Shown in pieces: positions 57,225 to 64,000 of a stretch of DNA of 64,000 nt. The position numbers and the translations under genes are program-made. This DNA is from Candidatus Micrarchaeota archaeon (GTDB lineage Archaea > Micrarchaeota > Micrarchaeia > Anstonellales > Bilamarchaeaceae). The stretch is from NCBI GenBank assembly GCA_038046805.1, contig JBBSVO010000003.1, positions 158,542 to 222,541 of the forward strand. The letters are read 5' to 3'. Below the pieces are notes generated by a model. The model was not told the DNA's origin and ran no database searches. It saw only the letters and a program-made list of their open reading frames with translations. Positions within the stretch are counted from its first letter, which is position 1. Each line of letters begins with the position of its first letter.

Positions 57225-59189
57225 ATGGTTGATAAAAAACTATTGCTGATCGGAGCGGTTGTGATCGTATTGGCACTAATTGTGCTGCTTTTTATATTTC
57301 CAACTACTTCAGAACAAGAAAGCACAACTCTTCCATTTATTATACAGAAATATGGAAATGCAGGTGGGCAGGGTTTTGTTATTTATTCTGCTGCCGCAAA
57401 TGGAGATTTGACTCTTCTTTCTTACTCTTCCAAACCCAGCAAGTCTGTTTTTGTTGTAAATGAAAAGGGTTTCGGAAACGAAAAATTCGGATTGTTTGTT
57501 GATTCATTGCGCGGCCTGGAGCATTTCGGATTTAATATCACTGAAATAACTCCGGCCACTGAAGTTACGGATGGAATTCTTGTAGTACCTACAGGTGCAA
57601 TGCCCGCCGGGACGCTTAAAAGTGTTTCTGCGGCAGATCCCTCCCGTCTTCATGTGATATACATAGGAAAAAAGGATATGGTACTGGACGGAACAGTAAA
57701 GCAGTCAGATTGGTTCGGCAGTCTTTCGTCTTCGGTTCTATCCGCCATTTCTGTTGTAGATATGCTTCCTGATGAGATGGTTGAAAAAGAACTTGTGGGG
57801 CAACTTGCGAATGAGATTCTTGAAGCAAGGTGGATGATTCTCAACAATAAAACAATTAGCGTGAACGCAGTTTCAGGTGCAGGAAACAAAACCATGATTT
57901 TGGATATGAAAGGCGGAACATTTATGAGGATTATCCCAATTCTTTGCTCTTTTCCGCAGCCAGCTTCCCAGCAGGATTCAGAATGTTATCGCCAGGCATT
58001 TGATTTTAATACCATTTCGCTTCAGACTGCGCAGGTTTCAATTGATGGCGCGGTTTTCCCATGGGAAAAGGCAGAGGTTCTGGTGTATTTGAACAAAACA
58101 AACGGAACTGCGAGCATGCGCATTGAAAAAGACGGTGCATGGATTGAAACAAAAGAGCTGGAACGGGTTACAGAAGACGAAGCTGGAATAATTCCGCTTC
58201 GCGTTGGTTTTGAAACCCCTGGAGAGTATATTATAACCATATCTGATAATTCGGGCGATATTGGTTCGGCACTTCTGCACATTAAATCATTAACCATCCT
58301 GTTAAACGAAACACGGGATGGGTTATATCACCAATTTGACGTAAGGCTTGATGGTGAAAAGGCAGAAGGACTTGAGTTTAATGTAAGCCTGCTCAATTCC
58401 ACTGAAAAGAAAAAAGCCAAATTCCTGGCAACCGGGGGGAGCGTGACGGTTCCTGCAAAACTTGGCAAGGGACTCAACACATTTGTTTTTGAAGGACTTG
58501 GTGGAGAAACTTTCGTTAAAATCGATAATACTTCTGAGAATATTTACGATGTTTATTTGAAGTATGGTCCGATAGGCCTTATCCTAATCATTATTGCATA
58601 TATTGCTGCAAGACTGGGAAGAAAACCAATTTATATCATACGTGTTGGGGATATTGTAACTGAAAAAAGACAAAATCTTGCGATTTCTTCCAAAAAAGTT
58701 CTTAGTATAATGCAGGGGTGCAGAAACGAGCTTAGTATAACCGGCCCAATTACGGCACTGGAATTCGCAACTGGAATAAAAAAGCATTTTACAGATGGTG
58801 CGGACATAACCGAAGGCAATGCAGAAGTGATTCTAAGGCGCATGGAAGTGCTTGGTCTTGTTGAAGGCAGAAACGGTTTTTACCAGCTTGTTGGAGAGGG
58901 AGATATACGCGCGAATGCCATGAAGCGGCAGATAAGGGAAAAACTCATTGCAAAGGGAATTCATTTCGATGTAAATGGAGACAAGTTCGTGGCAACGGAT
59001 TTTGAAATAGGCTTCTTCGATGACAGATTCTCGAAAAAGAAAAAGGCAATGATAATTTTTGAAGACATGGACGAAATAAAGAAAACACTTGCGGATATGT
59101 CCGATCGCGACAGGTCAATACTGTTCCTAAAGGAATTCAATGGGGTTCTGGAATTGCTTCCTGTTGATAAATTGGAAGATGTTTTATGA
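57225..59189 (+). CDS. Two-TM large surface protein; paralog of 6414-9020
   Basis: Same topology; GILVVPTGAMP vs GAFLLIPHGRMP; similar cytoplasmic C-terminus. Confidence 0.8.
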   Translation: MVDKKLLLIGAVVIVLALIVLLFIFPTTSEQESTTLPFIIQKYGNAGGQGFVIYSAAANGDLTLLSYSSKPSKSVFVVNEKGFGNEKFGLFVDSLRGLEHFGFNITEITPATEVTDGILVVPTGAMPAGTLKSVSAADPSRLHVIYIGKKDMVLDGTVKQSDWFGSLSSSVLSAISVVDMLPDEMVEKELVGQLANEILEARWMILNNKTISVNAVSGAGNKTMILDMKGGTFMRIIPILCSFPQPASQQDSECYRQAFDFNTISLQTAQVSIDGAVFPWEKAEVLVYLNKTNGTASMRIEKDGAWIETKELERVTEDEAGIIPLRVGFETPGEYIITISDNSGDIGSALLHIKSLTILLNETRDGLYHQFDVRLDGEKAEGLEFNVSLLNSTEKKKAKFLATGGSVTVPAKLGKGLNTFVFEGLGGETFVKIDNTSENIYDVYLKYGPIGLILIIIAYIAARLGRKPIYIIRVGDIVTEKRQNLAISSKKVLSIMQGCRNELSITGPITALEFATGIKKHFTDGADITEGNAEVILRRMEVLGLVEGRNGFYQLVGEGDIRANAMKRQIREKLIAKGIHFDVNGDKFVATDFEIGFFDDRFSKKKKAMIIFEDMDEIKKTLADMSDRDRSILFLKEFNGVLELLPVDKLEDVL

Positions 59190-60436
59190 TGTTTAAGGTT
59201 TCCGGACTAATGATTTGGTGCGTCTATTTACTTCTAGTTGTTCCGCTATCGTTTTCCCAGTATTCCGATCCACCATTATCGTCAGTGGTTTCAAACAATG
59301 CGCAAGTTGCATCAACTCTTTCTTCAGTTCCTGTTTCCCAGATGCAATGCAGCGTAACCAGTGATCCGCCCGGGATTGCATCAAACGTAGTACAGGCCGC
59401 AGCAATATTTCCGGTCGGCGCGTATCCATCTGTGGATAATCGGATTTCTGTCGGGTATATCCCTCAGGTTGCATGGGCCTGGGGAGAACAGCATTCTGGA
59501 TTTTATGAATGGCAGACTTCTCTTGGTGGAACGACTTGCACTGGCAGTGCTTCATTTGTGAATAGGACTATTTATCCGAACATTCTTTATTCATTCAAAG
59601 GCTCAGGCTGGGTTGATACTACGCCTGGAATGCCAGCAACTATTCCATCCGCAGTGACTTCCGCGCTTTCTGCCACTAATGGAAGCGATAATCTTTCTAT
59701 TACGGCTGGCGGAACAATAATTTTGACGTATGATATTGACAAAAATACAGTTGTCTGCACTGAAAGCACTGGCTGCACCTGCGAGTATGATTACATTGCG
59801 AGTGGATTGAAGAACCTCACCCTTTCATGCGGTTCAACAATAAATTACGCGGTTGAAGGCGGGGAGCCGCTCTTTTTCCTTGAGCGCCCGCTTCTTCGCG
59901 AGCAATGGTATAAAAATAATCTGTTTGACAATGCGGTGCTGTCCAAACAAAGGTTTTACAAGGGCGGGATATCCTTAAACGGAACTTCTGTAGGAAATTT
60001 TTCGCTTCGCGCGTTCAACATTTCAACTGATTCGTTCGGATTCCAGAAAATCGTTTCAGTTCCGCTTATTGTGTTTGCGAATGTTTCTGTGTTCGAAGGC
60101 AATATCGGTGCTGTTCCAATCCAGTTGAATTCGGATAATGGTTCGTTTGCTTATTCGTATGAAGTCAATCTCACCGCGCCCTATTCCGGGATTGGTTTGA
60201 ATAATCTTTCGCTCGTTCTTGTGGACGATTTCGGATTCTCGTTTGAGACTGAAAAACAAATTTTGAGCCGCACGCTAACGTTTGACGGGAATAAGAGCGA
60301 GGATGGAGGGGCAATTACGGGGAATACGACAAACTACAGAAAAAGCTCTGCGTTTTTGTTCGACAATTTTAATATCGGGATACTTTCAATCGGTGCGGTC
60401 GGAGTCGCGGTGTTCGTGCTGTTGATGAAACGGTAG
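59186..60436 (+). CDS. Exported Ser/Thr/Asn-rich protein with C-terminal TM anchor
   Basis: ATGA overlap with the upstream gene; signal peptide; many NxS/T sequons; C-terminal helix plus KR. Confidence 0.75.
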   Translation: MMFKVSGLMIWCVYLLLVVPLSFSQYSDPPLSSVVSNNAQVASTLSSVPVSQMQCSVTSDPPGIASNVVQAAAIFPVGAYPSVDNRISVGYIPQVAWAWGEQHSGFYEWQTSLGGTTCTGSASFVNRTIYPNILYSFKGSGWVDTTPGMPATIPSAVTSALSATNGSDNLSITAGGTIILTYDIDKNTVVCTESTGCTCEYDYIASGLKNLTLSCGSTINYAVEGGEPLFFLERPLLREQWYKNNLFDNAVLSKQRFYKGGISLNGTSVGNFSLRAFNISTDSFGFQKIVSVPLIVFANVSVFEGNIGAVPIQLNSDNGSFAYSYEVNLTAPYSGIGLNNLSLVLVDDFGFSFETEKQILSRTLTFDGNKSEDGGAITGNTTNYRKSSAFLFDNFNIGILSIGAVGVAVFVLLMKR

Positions 60437-60447
60437 AATTTAACTCG

Positions 60448-61389
60448 TCAGCGCACCGGCTCAAGAATTAATGTGAATCCAAATTTAAGCGTTCCATCAT
60501 CCTTTTCGCAGTGAACCGTAGCCTTTACGCTTCCTGCCGACCCTTCTGAACCTGCATCAGTCAATCCATCTGCCATCACAAAGAAGTTTTTCAGGTCATA
60601 ATCCCCAAATCCCGTTGGCACAACGGAAATCGGTGGCTCAGGATCAATCATGCCTCCGGTTTTAAGGCGAAGTGAATATCCAAAATTCACGTTTGCACCG
60701 GGCATTCCTATAGGAAGTATGAACCAGTCTGAGCCGCGCAGATATATTGACGCGGTTTGGATTTGCTGGGTCGGCCATTTCCTGCGTTTCAGCATTAATT
60801 CAAGATCCAAATACGTTCCATTTCCCCTTCCTGCATTCCAGACGTGGAAAAACCCGTCTCTTGTAATCGTAGCGAGTACGGCATCCTTCCAATCCGCATA
60901 TCTTGCCGTATCAACCGCAACCTGTATTATTTCCTTTTTCCCTACAAAATTTTCAGATGCATGGGAGGTATGGTCGTATCGCTGCATCAATTGCGGTTTT
61001 ATGTGCTCGCCTTCAATGCCCAATGAGAATACCCTTACTTCCTTTTCATCCATTGTAAGAACAGTTCCGTTTCCAATCATCCTCGCTTCAAAAAAGCGTT
61101 TGGTTTGGCTGATGATATCTGTGCTTAGTTTAAGAAAGTCGATCTGCTCCTCAATTGTTTTACCATCAGGTAGTGTTGCCCTGACTCTTAGCTCAAATCT
61201 AATAAGTTTGCCTGTGCCTGGCTCTGTTGAAGTGCCTTTTCCGGTTTCTATGAAACGGGGCTGTTTTACGGATTCAACAGGAGCGCTTTGGTCTTTCGCA
61301 CTGGTCGGCCTGTCAATAAGTAGGGATGGAAATAATGCAACAACTCCGGCAACTCGAAGCATATCGCGTCTGGAAACAGTTTTATACAT
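60448..61389 (-). CDS. Hypothetical protein with twin-arginine-like signal
   Basis: SRRDMLRVAGVVALF N-terminus; TTTTTATA box upstream. Confidence 0.65.
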   Translation of the reverse strand: MYKTVSRRDMLRVAGVVALFPSLLIDRPTSAKDQSAPVESVKQPRFIETGKGTSTEPGTGKLIRFELRVRATLPDGKTIEEQIDFLKLSTDIISQTKRFFEARMIGNGTVLTMDEKEVRVFSLGIEGEHIKPQLMQRYDHTSHASENFVGKKEIIQVAVDTARYADWKDAVLATITRDGFFHVWNAGRGNGTYLDLELMLKRRKWPTQQIQTASIYLRGSDWFILPIGMPGANVNFGYSLRLKTGGMIDPEPPISVVPTGFGDYDLKNFFVMADGLTDAGSEGSAGSVKATVHCEKDDGTLKFGFTLILEPVR

Positions 61390-61465
61390 ATAAGGTTATT
61401 GTGTATAAAAAGGTATTAAAATGCGAATGTCTGCCTTTTGTGTTCCGTGTTCCCTGCTCCGCGTC

Positions 61466-61508
61466 CCGTGCGGCTCAAAATAAACTGTTCCGCGTCTTGC
61501 GTTCCGTT
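61466..61508 (+). repeat. Direct repeat copy 1 (core CCGTGCGGCTCAAAATAAA)
   Basis: Identical to 62592-62641 apart from one 7-nt indel. Confidence 0.85.
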
Positions 61509-61584
61509 CGGCTCTTCATCATATCCAACAGTTTCGCGTTCCGTAATCGTGCGGTTCGGAGAATCTTGACGAGTATCTACAGAT

Positions 61585-61747
61585 AAAATCATTTGCTCTC
61601 TCGACCACCACAACCTACGCAATTGTTGCGCTGCGCAACAATGCGCCCATTGTTCGTTGCGACGAACAATCGGGAAGGCAAAACGCCTTTGGCGTTTTGG
61701 TCGCCTACGGGCGACTTGTGGTTTGAAGGTCGAGGAGCAAAGGTTTT
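61585..61747. repeat. Branched palindromic element, copy D (diverged sequence, similar architecture)
   Basis: Outer stems TTTGCTC..CTCGACC/GGTCGAGGAGCAAA and ACCACAA/TTGTGGT enclose four hairpins including ATTGTTCGT-tgcg-ACGAACAAT and GTCGCC-tacg-GGCGAC. Confidence 0.75.
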
Positions 61748-61868
61748 GAAAAATGGCGCTTACCATGCCTTAAAAGACATTGTTTGGCGCCATATTGCCA
61801 TTTTTCAAATCAGTTTACATTTTTATTGTCCGAAAGAACAAATGTGTTGTTCGAATAATTAGGAACTT

Positions 61869-62222
61869 TCATGAATCACTGCGGCCCAGTTCTCGTTTTA
61901 TATTCATAATCTTTACCTTTAATTCCGGGATGCTGGTTTTCACAACCTCCCACGTCAATTCCAAATCCACTCCAAAATATGCATGAATGAGCGTATCTCG
62001 TGTTCCGGCAATTTTTCTCCATTCCACTTCCGGATATCTTACTTTGACCTCCGACGGGATATTTTTGACTGCCTCGCCTATAATCTCTATTCGCCTTATA
62101 ACCGAATCTTGAAGCGACGGCGTCTTGATGAACTCCTGTTTTGTTTTACCTTGGGTATATACCTCAATAAGTTGGATGCATTCGAGGATATGGTCTAGAA
62201 ATACTGATGGATTTTTCTTCAA
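61869..62222 (-). CDS. HEPN (DUF86) toxin, HepT-like
   Basis: [21 protein letters not shown] (RX4HXY). Confidence 0.92.
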   Translation of the reverse strand: MKKNPSVFLDHILECIQLIEVYTQGKTKQEFIKTPSLQDSVIRRIEIIGEAVKNIPSEVKVRYPEVEWRKIAGTRDTLIHAYFGVDLELTWEVVKTSIPELKVKIMNIKRELGRSDS

Positions 62223-62503
62223 AGAATCAGCCTTTGTTCTTTCAGTATTCTGTCCCTGAGAAGCGGGTGCAGGGAACCATATGTAATAACATCTACCTTT
62301 CTTTTCAGTGTGTTTTCAAGCTCTATTTTTAACCCAGCTAAATCAAACAGGCTTTTTTTGCCCCTAAATTCAACTAAAAGGTCCAAATCGCTTTTCTTAG
62401 TGGCAGTGCCAGTTGCAACAGAGCCAAAAACAGCAGCCCGTTTGACTTCGTGTTTTTGCAGTATCCCTAAAATACGCTTCTGGATATTTTCAATTTCGGA
62501 CAA
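62219..62503 (-). CDS. Minimal nucleotidyltransferase antitoxin, MntA-like
   Basis: [16 protein letters not shown] (GSX10DXD), KVDV. Confidence 0.92.
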   Translation of the reverse strand: MSEIENIQKRILGILQKHEVKRAAVFGSVATGTATKKSDLDLLVEFRGKKSLFDLAGLKIELENTLKRKVDVITYGSLHPLLRDRILKEQRLIL

Positions 62504-62591
62504 AGATGTTCACCCCGTATATATTGATATTGAACGTGTTTTAACAATATCGTTTTTATAAAGAGCGGATTCTCTTTCGTTTGTTTCGTTT

Positions 62592-62641
62592 CCGTGCGGC
62601 TCAAAATAAACTGTTTCGCGTTCCGCGTCTTGCGTTCCGTT
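62592..62641 (+). repeat. Direct repeat copy 2, between the two TA pairs
   Basis: CCGTGCGGCTCAAAATAAACTGTTTCGCGTTCCGCGTCTTGCGTTCCGTT. Confidence 0.85.
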
Positions 62642-62642
62642 T

Positions 62643-62978
62643 CTATAACCTGTTTCTGATTGTTTGAACTGACGTTTTCAGTGAAGGTAGTTTGTTCTTT
62701 ATTATGTCCCAAACCAGCAGTAGGTTAATGCCAAAATATTCATGAATAAGAATATCCCGAAGACCTGCAATTTTTCTCCATTCTATATCGGAATATTCTT
62801 TTTTCACTTCCGCAGGAAGGTTTTTTACTGCTTCCCCTATTATTTCAAGGTTTCGTATTACTGCATCAGCAACCATGTCATTGGAAATAAATTCTTCGTA
62901 TGTCAATCCAGTAGTATAGCGCTCAATCTTTTCTACGCAATTCAGGATATCGTCCAGGTAAACCAGTGCCTTAAACAT
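62643..62978 (-). CDS. HEPN (DUF86) toxin, HepT-like
   Basis: RNLEIIGEA, WRKIAGLRDILIHEY. Confidence 0.92.
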   Translation of the reverse strand: MFKALVYLDDILNCVEKIERYTTGLTYEEFISNDMVADAVIRNLEIIGEAVKNLPAEVKKEYSDIEWRKIAGLRDILIHEYFGINLLLVWDIIKNKLPSLKTSVQTIRNRL

Positions 62979-63279
62979 ACCTTGCCTCTTTTCGTATGTA
63001 TTGAAGGGCCGGCTTTAGGCTGCTCTCAATAACCAGGTCTACTTTTTTGTGGAACATTCTCTCAAGTAGAAACTTCAAATCCATGTAATTGTCAAATGTT
63101 GGTTCTTCAAATTCCACCAGAAAATCCATATCACTGTTTTTATTCTGTTTACCCTTCAGAAACGAGCCGAACAGCCCCATTTTCTTTACTTTGTAACCGC
63201 GAAACCTGTCTCGATGCTGTCTGAGAAGTTTTAGAATATTTGCAGGGGTCAGTTTTTTCGCTTTTTGCATATTATCCAC
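62971..63279 (-). CDS. Minimal nucleotidyltransferase antitoxin, MntA-like
   Basis: FGSFLKGKQNKNSDMD, KVDLV. Confidence 0.92.
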   Translation of the reverse strand: MDNMQKAKKLTPANILKLLRQHRDRFRGYKVKKMGLFGSFLKGKQNKNSDMDFLVEFEEPTFDNYMDLKFLLERMFHKKVDLVIESSLKPALQYIRKEARYV

Positions 63280-63353
63280 TCCTTTACTTTGCTAAATGGT
63301 TTTCCGTTTCATCCACCAATTGTTATTTCCATCAGTGCGCTTATTTCCGAGCC

Positions 63354-63372
63354 CCGTGCGGCTCAAAATAAA
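63354..63372 (+). repeat. Direct repeat copy 3 (19-bp core only)
   Basis: CCGTGCGGCTCAAAATAAA; part of a hairpin just after the stop of the repeat-protein gene. Confidence 0.8.
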
Positions 63373-63376
63373 TTTA

Positions 63377-64000
63377 TTATTCCTTCTTTGCCAACTCCCT
63401 CATTCTTTTCGCCTGTTCCCTGATAAGTTTGGCAATTTGTTTGTCGTCGTTTCCTTTTACAACCGCTGTGGGTTCGGATTTTCCTTTTATCCCGCCAGGA
63501 TGCCCATCAAACTCTTCTTTCGGTTGTTTTTTTCCGCGGAATCCACCGGTTTGACCGATAACTTTTTCTTCCTCTTCTTTAGTTCCCGGAATTCCACCAC
63601 GTTTTCCAGTAATCGTTTCCTCGGATTCTTCTTTTCCTTTAAACCCGCCTTTCTGTCCTGTGAGCGTCCCTTCCTTTTCTCTTGTTCCGGTTATTCCGCC
63701 TTTCTTCCCTGTGAACGTTTCCCTATCTTCTCTTCTGCCTGTTATCCCGCCTATTTGACCAGATACCTCTTCGTGCGGTTCTTCTTTTCCTTTAAATCCT
63801 CCTATCTGACCTGTTACAGTCTCAATATCCCCTGGTTTTCCCCTAATCGCTCCACGTTGTCCGATAAGTGGCTCCTTTTCTCCTTTCTGTCCTTCCATCC
63901 CGCCATATTGACCAGTTAATGTTTGTCCCTTTTCCAGTTTTCCGGGTTTCGGTTCTCGTTCGTTTTCTTTTTGTTCCGCACGTCCATCAAATCTAGTAAC
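63377..64000 (-). CDS. 3' part of a gene encoding nine tandem 17-aa Gly/charged repeats; start lies beyond the window
   Basis: Frame is open from 64000; unit approx. TxTGQxGGxxGKxExxE. Confidence 0.8.
   Translation of the reverse strand, partial: VTRFDGRAEQKENEREPKPGKLEKGQTLTGQYGGMEGQKGEKEPLIGQRGAIRGKPGDIETVTGQIGGFKGKEEPHEEVSGQIGGITGRREDRETFTGKKGGITGTREKEGTLTGQKGGFKGKEESEETITGKRGGIPGTKEEEEKVIGQTGGFRGKKQPKEEFDGHPGGIKGKSEPTAVVKGNDDKQIAKLIREQAKRMRELAKKE

Noticed and set aside
61416..61766. 116-aa minus-strand ORF (and similar 62467-62712)
   Set aside because: Made of hairpin element D and heptamer/direct repeats; the shared QFILSRT peptide just reflects the DNA repeat
61466..63372. CRISPR array or classical integron attC sites
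   Set aside because: Repeats are 0.7-1.1 kb apart with genes between them; no regular spacers, cas genes, integrase or clear attC RYYYAAC/GTTRRRY ends

Overview
Gene-dense archaeal chromosomal DNA, most likely from a DPANN archaeon. Micrarchaeota is inferred from the tRNA introns at position 15/16; archaeal origin rests on aIF2-gamma, S6e, TFE, Cdc6, PAC2 and leaderless TATA-driven genes. Housekeeping genes (purB, tfe, rpiA, cdc6, eif2g, rps6e, cysS, pyrF, nnrD, pheS) are interleaved with several uncharacterised modules. (1) A five-gene membrane operon is built on what looks like a split VirB4-like ATPase, with no relaxase nearby. (2) An 11-gene copper/thiol operon ends in CopA and a P2A ATPase. 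It encodes two membrane-anchored proteins with the same C-terminal SLP(N/S)MVGGC tail, two unannotated ~40-aa Cys-rich peptides, a DUF411/CopG-like protein and a CcdA-like protein, behind paired TTAC-N7-GTAA sites. (3) A polytopic-membrane double-AAA ATPase sits with two paralogous small membrane proteins. (4) Two MNT-HEPN toxin-antitoxin pairs are punctuated by a 19-bp repeat. Non-coding DNA includes tRNA-Asp with two introns, tRNA-Trp with three introns and an intronless tRNA-Ser. It also holds a dispersed family of branched hairpin elements with compensatory base changes and modular gain or loss of arms, plus degenerate heptamer repeats that also occur inside a tRNA intron. No CRISPR array, rRNA, integrase or transposase was recognised. 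All functional calls come from motif recognition by eye, not database searches.
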